Assembly: GCA_031411295.1 (NCBI GenBank) | Contig: JANOAV010000020.1 | Span: forward strand, 1-32,599 | DNA: 32,599 bases | Source of the DNA: Verrucomicrobiales bacterium | GTDB lineage: Bacteria > Verrucomicrobiota > Verrucomicrobiia > Verrucomicrobiales > V1-33 | Direction of reading: 5' to 3' | Shown here: one piece after another, positions 9,340 through 17,516 of the stretch | Layout: every line of letters starts with the position of its first letter | How positions within the stretch are numbered: position 1 is the first letter of the stretch | Program-made: the position numbers and the translations under genes | The notes under the pieces: model-generated | Database searches by the model: none | What the model saw: only the letters and a program-made list of their open reading frames with translations | What the model was told of the DNA's origin: nothing

Positions 9340-9581
9340 TAGGACAGGGGGGCGGCAAAGGAGGCCAATAGTTCGTCTGACAGCGGCTCGTTGAAGTCGG
9401 CGGGGACTTCGATTTCTCCCTTGTAGAGTCCAAACGGACGCGGGCCGGAAGAAGCAGTCAGCGACAAAAGCAGCGTTGTCGGCTCGCCTTCTGTGGAAAG
9501 AATCAAGCTTTCTCCGCGGTGCACTGCATTGAGGTAGTGGGCAGGTTGTTTCAGAAATTCTGTTTCGGCTATGCTGGACAT
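9339..9581 (-). CDS. Phd/YefM-like antitoxin (VapB role)
   Basis: 80 aa from MSSIAETEF: Phd-like N-terminus (YLNAVHRGESLILS.EGEP) and a C-terminal RPFGLYKGEIEVPADFNEPL motif typical of antitoxins paired with this PIN class. Confidence 0.85.
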   Translation of the reverse strand: MSSIAETEFLKQPAHYLNAVHRGESLILSTEGEPTTLLLSLTASSGPRPFGLYKGEIEVPADFNEPLSDELLASFAAPLS

Positions 9582-9744
9582 GATTAGGGTCAATATAGGT
9601 GAATACTGATGGAGTGAAAGGAAAATTAAGCCGGGTTCTGGACTGGATCCGGCGCTGTAGTTGTTCGGTGTCTTCCATATGTGCGGATTTCGGTAGTTGG
9701 ACAGGAGTGACGCGCGGCAGCGCGTCACCACAACTTCACCTGCG

Positions 9745-10335
9745 TTAAGGCTGAGGGCGTTTAGGTGCGCGGCGGGATTCCCTGATGCGGGCGCTCATTT
9801 CTTCCATGACTTGGTGGGTGCCTTCGTGGGTGGCGTCGAAGTTGATGGCGTGACTAGCGGAGATGTTCATTCTGCCGGCGGTGGCGATGGCGTCCTGGTT
9901 GGCGGCTAGAAAGAGGAACTCCCAGCCTTGGAGTTTCTTCGCGGTGATGAGGTCGTTAATGTGGGACAGGGTAAACTCGCGGGAGGAGTTTTCTTCGCCA
10001 TCGGTGAGGATGGCGATGATGACGTTTTCCGGGCGGGCTTTGGGCAGGCGGGCGGCAAAGGAGTCGGTCATCTTATGGATCGTTTTGCCAATGGCATCGA
10101 GCAGGGCGGTGCCACCACGTGGCACGAAGGTTTGATCCGTAAGCAGCGGAACGTCGGCCAGGGGGACGCTTTTGTGGATGACTTCGTATTGGGTATCGAA
10201 GAGGACGAGGCTGAGGCGGGCTTCGCCTTCCTGTTGCTGTTGGTGCTTCAGGAAGCTGTTGAATCCTCCAATGGCATCGTTGGCAATGGATTCCATGGAG
10301 CCGGAGCGGTCGAGAATGATGGTGATTTCAGTCAT
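9745..10335 (-). CDS. von Willebrand factor A (vWA) domain protein
   Basis: MIDAS DRSGS, G.TALLDAIG, ILTDGEENSSREF and GWEFLFLAAN motifs. Confidence 0.9.
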   Translation of the reverse strand: MTEITIILDRSGSMESIANDAIGGFNSFLKHQQQQEGEARLSLVLFDTQYEVIHKSVPLADVPLLTDQTFVPRGGTALLDAIGKTIHKMTDSFAARLPKARPENVIIAILTDGEENSSREFTLSHINDLITAKKLQGWEFLFLAANQDAIATAGRMNISASHAINFDATHEGTHQVMEEMSARIRESRRAPKRPQP

Positions 10336-10348
10336 GGGGTGGTTATGG

Positions 10349-10825
10349 TTAGAGGTGTAGGTGGATATCGAGGATGATTGGCTCCCAGTGGTAGGAGGTC
10401 GGGTGGATGGATTTTACGGAGGCAGTGAGTCGGGCTCCTTGCTGGAGGAGGCGGCTGGCATGGTGGTTGTTTTCTCTGGGGAGGTAGCCGATATGTTTTC
10501 CGTCATGGATGACGCGGACGGCGGAGGGATCATAGGGGTTTTCTGGTTCTGCCTGCAGCGAGAGCGTGTCGCCCACGGTGAGGCGGGCGAGATCGGTGGG
10601 CTCAGAGCGATACCGATAGCCGCGGATGGGGCTGGTCTGGAGGCGGTAGCTGGGAGCCGCCGCTGGATGAGCGGAGGTGACGGTGGGCGTGAGTTTGGTG
10701 GTGGCTATGGCAGTGGCTTCGGTCTTGGGTAGCGGTGGCTGGCCGAGGGTGGTGGCAATGGCTTGCCCAAGTGGAGCGGCCATGCCTCCGATGACGAGGC
10801 GTTTGAGAAATCCGAGGCGGTTCAT
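10349..10825 (-). CDS. HIRAN-domain protein with a Tat-like N-terminus
   Basis: C-terminal IRGYRY...L.VGD.L.L.AEPENPYDPSAVRV...HIGYLPR..N...SRLL matches HIRAN. N-terminus is NRLGFLK plus a hydrophobic stretch and a Thr/Ala/Pro linker. Confidence 0.85.
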   Translation of the reverse strand: MNRLGFLKRLVIGGMAAPLGQAIATTLGQPPLPKTEATAIATTKLTPTVTSAHPAAAPSYRLQTSPIRGYRYRSEPTDLARLTVGDTLSLQAEPENPYDPSAVRVIHDGKHIGYLPRENNHHASRLLQQGARLTASVKSIHPTSYHWEPIILDIHLHL

Positions 10826-11182
10826 GGAGAGGGGGGATATTGCTAGTATGTAACATTGGAGTCCTCGCCTGTGCTGGGCGCAGGCGGCTGGGCCGTTGTG
10901 TTAGCTTGCCCGGCAGCTGGCATGCTTCACGGCGGTCTTGTGGCCGCTGTCCCGCGCAGGCGGGGACGCCTATGTTCCTGAATTTTATTTTAGAAACCCC
11001 TACAGGTCACGAATTCACGAGTTCACGAGCTGGCCTGCGGTGGTTCAATGGTTTATTTCTATTGATTATCAGTGAGTTCTGTCGTATTGTTTACGCTAGG
11101 GGCGTCATTTACGATGGTAAAGTGAGCATAGCTAGGTTTTCGTTTTTATCAATAATTATTTTCGCTTGGAGCGTAATTTCCG

Positions 11183-12055
11183 ATGGGTAATATATCAAAT
11201 CCAGAACAATGGGCCACGAGGGAGCGGCTGCGCTTCATCGAGCGGGTAGTGTATTGGCGTGGGTCCGTGCAGCGGGAGGAAGTGGCGGAGGTGTTCAATT
11301 TGTCGGCGCAACAGATCTCGGCAGATTTGCAGAAGTATCAGGAACTCTGTCCGGGGGCGCTGGTGTATAATCTGAAGAAGAAGTGTTATGAGGGATCGGC
11401 CAAGATGCGGTGTCGGTTGCATGTGCCATCGTTTGATGAGGCGGTGGGGATGCTTCTGGAGGATGAGAGCGGTTGGCGGGTGGATGCGATGGGTGGTGAG
11501 GTTGTTTTTTCAAGAGGGGCGGGACGCCCCTCCTCCTTGGTGGGGCGTGTTTCTTTGCCAGTGCGGCGGCCGGAGGTGGAGGTGGAGCGGCGGATTTTCC
11601 TGGCGGTAGTGCAGGGGTTGCGGGTGCGGATGAAATATCGGTCGGTGCATGGGGTGGGGGGCGATGAATGGCGCTGGATCTGCCCGCGTGGGTTCGGCCA
11701 TGATGGGTATCGGTGGCATGTGCGGGCGTGGGCGGAGGCGCATGGGGAGTTCCGGGACTATGTGTTGAGTCGGATGGAGGCGGTGGATTTCCCGAAGGAG
11801 GCGGCTGCGGAATTGCCGGCGGATGAGGCGTGGGAAACGTGGGAAACGCTGACGTTGGTGCCGAATCCGGAGCTGCCGCAGGATCGACAAGCGGCGGTAA
11901 GATTGGATTATGCGGTGCCGGAGGCGGGCTTGGAGCTGCGGGTGCGCAGGGCGATGCGGCCCTATGTGTTGGAGCATTTGCGACTGTCGAGCGAGGAATG
12001 GGCGGACACGCCGTTCCTGACGTTAGCCACGACGCAGAATTCTGCGCTTGCCTAG
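11183..12055 (+). CDS. WYL-domain transcriptional regulator, CapW/BrxR-like
   Basis: N-terminal wHTH (W..RERLRFIE...YWRG...F.LS.QQ.S.DL..Y), WYL core (YRSV...RWICPRGFGHDGYRWHVRAW...FRDYVLSRM) and C-terminal L.PNP.L...Q...V.LDY. Confidence 0.9.
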   Translation: MGNISNPEQWATRERLRFIERVVYWRGSVQREEVAEVFNLSAQQISADLQKYQELCPGALVYNLKKKCYEGSAKMRCRLHVPSFDEAVGMLLEDESGWRVDAMGGEVVFSRGAGRPSSLVGRVSLPVRRPEVEVERRIFLAVVQGLRVRMKYRSVHGVGGDEWRWICPRGFGHDGYRWHVRAWAEAHGEFRDYVLSRMEAVDFPKEAAAELPADEAWETWETLTLVPNPELPQDRQAAVRLDYAVPEAGLELRVRRAMRPYVLEHLRLSSEEWADTPFLTLATTQNSALA

Positions 12056-12085
12056 CAGGTCGGGATTGGTGAGGTTCGGGCTCTC

Positions 12086-13159
12086 ATGGCTGAACCGATG
12101 CCTCCATCCGAACCCGAACGTTTCTCGGCAGCCGAACTCCTGCTGCTGGAGGAAATGCAGCATCATCCCCATGATGCTTTCTTCAAGGCGTGCTTCGGGA
12201 AGCCTGAGGTGGCGCGGAAGTTATTCCAAGAGCATTTACCGGCCGATATTGCAGGGCCCATCGATTGGGCCACGCTGAAGCTCCATCCGACGTCGTTTGT
12301 GAAACGGACCTTGGAGCAATCCCACGCGGATCTTGTCTTCGGGGTGCGTTCTGGAGATCAGGAAATCTTAATTTACCTGCTGTTAGAGCATCAAACCACC
12401 ACGCATCCGCTCATGCCCCTGCGCATGCTTGGTTACCTGACCGAAATGTGGTTCGCGCATACGGACCAAAGCAAGCCATCGCTGCCGTTGCCAGCTATTA
12501 TACCGTTCGTGATTCATCAGGGGCCCGCGCGCTGGAATGTCCCCACAGAGTTCTGTGATCTGGTGGCCGTGCCGACAAGTTTAGGCTCTAGCCTGGTCCC
12601 GTTTCTTCCGAAATTTCGCTACGCCCTGCTGGACTTAACGCAATTCGATCCGCTCACGCATGAAGCGGACGAAACGCTGCGAGTGACCTTCCGCCTCATG
12701 CAAATGGTGCGCACGAAGGAACAACTGATGGAATACTTCGAATGGATGGCTGCGACTGTTGCCAGCCTTCCAGACGAGCTGTTGCGGCTGCTCCTGCTCT
12801 ACTCCCTTTACGGAGACGCTGGTCTTGACGTGCAAGCGATCTACGGTAAACTTTCGGCAAATCCAAAACTAGCAGCAACCACTATGTCCACCGCCCTAAA
12901 ATTAATCGCTGAAGGAAGGCTCGAAGGAGAACTCAAAGGCAAGCTCGAAGGCAAGCTCGAAGGCAAGATCGAGGGCAAGCTCGAGGGCAAGCTCGAGGGG
13001 GAGTTACGCGGAACTTGGGTCGGCAAGATTGAATTGCTGGAACAACTCATACCGCTCCCGCCGACAGCGGATGCTGCGCTGAAGCAGATGCCGCTGGAGG
13101 AATTGCAGGCGAAATTCAAGGTCTTGGAACAAACCTACGCTGACCGCCACAAGCCTTGA
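12086..13159 (+). CDS. Rpn/YhgA-family PD-(D/E)XK nuclease ('transposase_31')
   Basis: PHDAFFK, SFV...L....ADLVF, YLLLEHQ and MPLRMLGY motifs, plus the C-terminal EGKL tandem repeats typical of the family. Confidence 0.92.
   Translation: MAEPMPPSEPERFSAAELLLLEEMQHHPHDAFFKACFGKPEVARKLFQEHLPADIAGPIDWATLKLHPTSFVKRTLEQSHADLVFGVRSGDQEILIYLLLEHQTTTHPLMPLRMLGYLTEMWFAHTDQSKPSLPLPAIIPFVIHQGPARWNVPTEFCDLVAVPTSLGSSLVPFLPKFRYALLDLTQFDPLTHEADETLRVTFRLMQMVRTKEQLMEYFEWMAATVASLPDELLRLLLLYSLYGDAGLDVQAIYGKLSANPKLAATTMSTALKLIAEGRLEGELKGKLEGKLEGKIEGKLEGKLEGELRGTWVGKIELLEQLIPLPPTADAALKQMPLEELQAKFKVLEQTYADRHKP
12910..13010 (+). repeat. 12-bp coding tandem repeat (EGKL)n in the Rpn C-terminus
   Basis: About 8 units of GA(A/G)GGCAAGCTC-like sequence encoding EGRL-EGEL-KGKL-EGKL-EGKI-EGKL-EGKL-EGEL. 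Confidence 0.85.
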
Positions 13160-13174
13160 GTGATGCGACTGAGG

Positions 13175-14200
13175 CTAGGGCTGACTCTTGCTAACAGTGA
13201 CTGACTGACCGTCGGTCAAGAGTTGCTTGCCCACCAGCAAAACTGACGCTTGGGCCGTGAGACCTTCGGAAATTTCGACCTTAATGCCGTCGTTGAATCC
13301 CAATTTGACCGGGAGCTTCTTGGCTTTGCCGTCGGCGTAAGTGAAGACGAACGCATTCGTTTTCTCCATGACCAGACCTTCTACAGGGATCAGGAGGGCG
13401 TCCTGGTGTTGCTCCAACCCTACCTTGACGGTGGCATACATCCCCGGGCGGAGGGTTAGGTCCGGGTTGGGGATATCCGCTTCCACCAGCATCGTGCGAG
13501 TGGCTTCGTCCAAGGCGTAGCTGAGTCGGGTGACCTTGCCTTCGAAGGATTTGGTCTTCAATGCTTCGGTCGTAAATTTGACGGGCTGATCCTTGGCGAC
13601 GAGTGCAGTTTCGTTCTCCGGCACCATGACTTGCAGTCGCACGGTGGAGAAATCCGCCAAGGTCACGACCGCCGCGCTCTGAGCCGCACTGCTGCTGGTG
13701 GCCGCAGGAACGAAGGCCCCGACATCCACTTGGCGGGAGGTGATGATGCCGCCGAAGGGGGCGATGATTTTCTGATAAGCCAGGAACGTTTGGGCTCGAT
13801 CCACGGTGGCTTGCGCGGCTTCGGCGTGTCCTTGAGCAATCGTGATTTGCTGGGCTGTGACCGAGGCGGGCGATTCTTGCTTGGCGGTCTGGAGGCGCTT
13901 GAGATCGACGGTGGCGGCCTTTTCCTCAGCGACGGCTTTGGCCAAGTCTGCTGCGAGTTCCGGGGTTTCGAGTTCGGCTAGAATGTCCCCGGCCTTGACG
14001 CGCGAACCTTTGTCAACGGAGATAGATTTCAAGTAACCCGGCACCTTCGCATAGAGCGTTGCTTGCTGCTGGGCCCGGATGGTTCCTGGCAGGGTAATGG
14101 ACCGGGTGATGGAGCCGCGGGTGGGTTGGGCCAATGCCAGCGGCGGCGTGTCTGCGTGCGCCAGAGGGATGAGGAGGCTGAGGAACAGAAGGCTTTTCAT
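13175..14200 (-). CDS. RND efflux periplasmic adaptor (membrane fusion protein)
   Basis: Signal peptide, lipoyl-like halves (AKVPGYL...VDKGSRVKAGDILAEL; IIAPFGGII) and LRPGMYA motif. Confidence 0.93.
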   Translation of the reverse strand: MKSLLFLSLLIPLAHADTPPLALAQPTRGSITRSITLPGTIRAQQQATLYAKVPGYLKSISVDKGSRVKAGDILAELETPELAADLAKAVAEEKAATVDLKRLQTAKQESPASVTAQQITIAQGHAEAAQATVDRAQTFLAYQKIIAPFGGIITSRQVDVGAFVPAATSSSAAQSAAVVTLADFSTVRLQVMVPENETALVAKDQPVKFTTEALKTKSFEGKVTRLSYALDEATRTMLVEADIPNPDLTLRPGMYATVKVGLEQHQDALLIPVEGLVMEKTNAFVFTYADGKAKKLPVKLGFNDGIKVEISEGLTAQASVLLVGKQLLTDGQSVTVSKSQP

Positions 14201-14203
14201 AAA

Positions 14204-17200
14204 CTAAGAGGGGGTAGTTTCAAACTGAGCGGAAGAGGGATCCTCAGGATCCAGGGAGGCGGAATGCGTTTTGGCGCGCTGCATGACCATGGCAAAGACT
14301 GCGGGCAAGAGGAACAGGGTGGCGATGGTGGAGGCGGCCAATCCACCCATGACCGCGCGGCCCAAGGGAGCCGTCTGCGGACCGCTCTCACCCAAGCCCA
14401 GGGCCAGCGGAGTCATGCCGGCTAACATCGCGAGACTGGTCATGAGGATGGGGCGGAGGCGGCCCCAGGCTCCGCTGAGGGCAGCCGAACTGGCATCGCC
14501 ACTCAGGATGCGATCTCGTTCGGCAAAGGTGACTAGCAAAATGGCATTGGCCACGGAAATGCCCACGGCCATGATGGCACCCATGAAGGATTGCAGGTTC
14601 AACGTGGTGTTGGTAAATTTCAACGCCAGGACCACCCCCGCCAACACTGCTGGCACCGTGCACAGCGTGACCAAGGCCAGGCGGAGCGATTGAAAGTTGG
14701 CCAGCAGAATGAGTAAAATAACCCCGACGGCCACGAGTAATCCGGTTTGCAATCCATTGAGTAATCCTGTCAACGGCACGACTTGCCCCCGCAGATCCAC
14801 CTTGGTTTTCGGCGGTGGAGCGCCTGCCAAAGCCATCGCCAGTCGCACTTGACTGGCGGCCTCGCCCAGGGAAGTTCCGTGAATGTTGGCGGTGATCGAA
14901 ATCACCCGGGCCATGTTGTAACGCTCGTATTGCCCCACCGTCGTGCCCGGCGTGAGCGTGGCGAAATTTCTCAGCAGCGACGTCTTGCCGTCCTTGGTGC
15001 TCACGGGCACGTTCTTTAAGTCTTCCAAGCTCTGAGTCAGCGCCTGGGGGATCTGCACTTGCAAGTTATAGCTCACTCCGGTCTTACCGTCTGCCCAGTA
15101 GTTAGGGACAGTGAATCGACTGGAGGTGGTGGCCGCTACTAATGACCGGGCGGCATCGTTGACTTTCACCCCCATGAGGCCAGCGCGTTCGCGATTGATC
15201 GCCACATCCACGGTGGGAAATTCCATTTCCTGGGAGAACTGCACATCGCGCAAGGTGGGTAGTTTCTTGAGCTGATCGTAAATTTTCTGAGCGTGTTCGC
15301 GATTCACGGCCAAGTCGGGACCGCTCACCGCAACCTCGATGGGAGTGGGCGCCCCGAAGCTCATCACGCGATTCACGATATCGCTCGGTTCAAAGGAAAT
15401 GCGCACGTCGGGTAATTCCTTCGCGAGCGTGGCACGCAGTTTTTCTTTGAGCAACGCGATGGGGATTTTGGCCTCCGGCTTGAGTTGAATCGAGAGCAAG
15501 CCTTCTTCGGGACCACCATTCCAGAGATGGATGAGATTAACTGGATAATTCGGAGCATGCACGCCGACGAGGCCCATTGTCAGCTGGACTTGGCCTGCGG
15601 CTTCACGATCAATGATCGCGAGAATTTGTTTCGCGAGGCCTTCGGTAATCTCCACTCGGGTGCCCGCAGGGGCGCGCAATCGCAAGGCGAATTGACCATG
15701 CTCCACGGTGGGGAAAATGTCCGTGCCTAACCGCGTCCCGAATTGCATCACGATCCAGCCGCAGGTCGTCAAATAGAGCGGCACCAGAACCCAGCGCAAG
15801 CGCACGGTCGCTTGCACGAGTGCTTGGAAGAGTGATTTTCCCCAGACTAACTCACTGCCATGTTTGCCGTCGCGTTTGAGCAACCACACACTCAGGATCG
15901 GCACCAGGGTGGAGGATAGCAGATAACTGGCGACCATGGAGAACCCTACTGCCAGTGCCAATGGAGCAAACAGCGCACGGGCGGCCCCTTCCATAAAGGC
16001 CGCCGGAATGAACACCGCCACCACGCAGAGCATGGCCATGAAACGCGGCAGCGCAGTCTGGCGCGTGGCGGCTAGGGCGGCGCGTGCCAGCGGAGTGCCC
16101 TTGGCCAGATGCGTGTGCAAATTTTCCACGGCCACGGTGGCCTCATCCACCAGCATCCCCACGGCCAAGGCCAACCCGCCTAACGTCATTAAATTGATCG
16201 TCTGTCCAGTTAGCCATAAGGCCAGCAATCCTGCGAGCAGGGACAGCGGAATATTAACTAACACCACCATGACACTGCGCCAATCCCGGAGAAACAGCAA
16301 CACCATGAGCCCCGTGAGGATGGCTCCGATGACGCCTTCCTTTACCAGATCGGCAATCGCAGCCCGAACGACTGGTGCCTGATCGAACTCGTAGCTCACC
16401 TTCACATCATCCGGCACGGCGGCTTGGAATTTGGGTAAATTTTCTTTCACCAACTCTACCACACTCAGCGTGGAGGCATCGGCTCGTTTCGTGACCGGAA
16501 TGTAAACGGTGCGTCGTCCATTAACCAACGCATAGCTCGTGACGATATCGCTTTGATCATCCACCGTGGCCACATCTCGGATGAAGACGGCCGATCCGTT
16601 GGCGATCCGCAGCGGCACGGCTTCCAGGTCCTTGATGTTCTTCACCACGGCATTGGTGGGCACGAGGGGATATTTGTCGCCTAACTGCATATTGCCACTC
16701 GGACTGATGACGTTGGCCTGCGTGAGCGTGGTGACGATTTCATCTGGCGAAATGCCGTAACTGCGCATCCGATCAGGGTTCACGTTCACCACAATACTCC
16801 GCGCACTGCCCCCGAATGGTGGTGGAGCAGAAACGCCAGGCAGCGTGGCAAACAATGGTCGCACCGAATTCAAGGCTGCATCCTGCATCTGCCCCACCGT
16901 CCGATTCGGGTTCTCCGTGGAGAACACCAATTGCCCCACGGGCACGCTTCCGGCATCGAACCGCGTGACGAACGGAGCCACCGTTCCCGGCGGCATGAAG
17001 GCACGGGCGCGATTCACGTAGCCGATCGTTTCCGCCATGGCAGAGGCCATGTCCGTGCCTGGGTGGAACTGAAGTTTCATGATACTGGCACCCTGAATGG
17101 ACTTCGACTCCACGTGCTCAATGCCGGTGATGTAAAGAAAGTGATACTCGTAATAATACGTCAACCAACCCTCCATCTGCGCAGGATCCATCCCGCCAAA

Positions 17201-17350
17201 GGGTTGCGCCACGTAAATGGTGGGAATGCCCAGCGGTGGGAAGACATCCCGCGCCATGCGCTGCAGGGCCACGCCGGCCGCAGCCATGATGCCGAGGACA
17301 ATGGTGACGATGGTCCAGGGACGGCGGAGGATAGTTGAGAGGAGAGACAT
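14204..17350 (-). CDS. RND efflux permease (AcrB/CzcA superfamily)
   Basis: 1048 aa with two transmembrane blocks; INLMTLGGLALAVGMLVDEATVAVEN, RLRPILMTSLAM and APLGRAVMGGL motifs. Confidence 0.95.
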   Translation of the reverse strand: MSLLSTILRRPWTIVTIVLGIMAAAGVALQRMARDVFPPLGIPTIYVAQPFGGMDPAQMEGWLTYYYEYHFLYITGIEHVESKSIQGASIMKLQFHPGTDMASAMAETIGYVNRARAFMPPGTVAPFVTRFDAGSVPVGQLVFSTENPNRTVGQMQDAALNSVRPLFATLPGVSAPPPFGGSARSIVVNVNPDRMRSYGISPDEIVTTLTQANVISPSGNMQLGDKYPLVPTNAVVKNIKDLEAVPLRIANGSAVFIRDVATVDDQSDIVTSYALVNGRRTVYIPVTKRADASTLSVVELVKENLPKFQAAVPDDVKVSYEFDQAPVVRAAIADLVKEGVIGAILTGLMVLLFLRDWRSVMVVLVNIPLSLLAGLLALWLTGQTINLMTLGGLALAVGMLVDEATVAVENLHTHLAKGTPLARAALAATRQTALPRFMAMLCVVAVFIPAAFMEGAARALFAPLALAVGFSMVASYLLSSTLVPILSVWLLKRDGKHGSELVWGKSLFQALVQATVRLRWVLVPLYLTTCGWIVMQFGTRLGTDIFPTVEHGQFALRLRAPAGTRVEITEGLAKQILAIIDREAAGQVQLTMGLVGVHAPNYPVNLIHLWNGGPEEGLLSIQLKPEAKIPIALLKEKLRATLAKELPDVRISFEPSDIVNRVMSFGAPTPIEVAVSGPDLAVNREHAQKIYDQLKKLPTLRDVQFSQEMEFPTVDVAINRERAGLMGVKVNDAARSLVAATTSSRFTVPNYWADGKTGVSYNLQVQIPQALTQSLEDLKNVPVSTKDGKTSLLRNFATLTPGTTVGQYERYNMARVISITANIHGTSLGEAASQVRLAMALAGAPPPKTKVDLRGQVVPLTGLLNGLQTGLLVAVGVILLILLANFQSLRLALVTLCTVPAVLAGVVLALKFTNTTLNLQSFMGAIMAVGISVANAILLVTFAERDRILSGDASSAALSGAWGRLRPILMTSLAMLAGMTPLALGLGESGPQTAPLGRAVMGGLAASTIATLFLLPAVFAMVMQRAKTHSASLDPEDPSSAQFETTPS

Positions 17351-17516
17351 TCAGCGGGGAATACGAGGAGGCCAAAACAACAGCCGACGATGGTGAAATC
17401 AAGACATTTTGCGCGTTATGCATTGGGAGCGCAACGCGGGCCACTTCCGGTGCGCCCGAAATTCTCCGAAAATTTCCCTGAAGCCTCCTTGTGGCGTGGC
17501 ATTATTTAGGTCAACT

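Noticed and set aside
9157..9678. 173-aa and 74-aa minus-strand ORFs across the TA gap
   Set aside because: They have no recognisable motifs and overlap the antitoxin in other frames. The gap is better explained by the repeat, spacer, hairpin and target.
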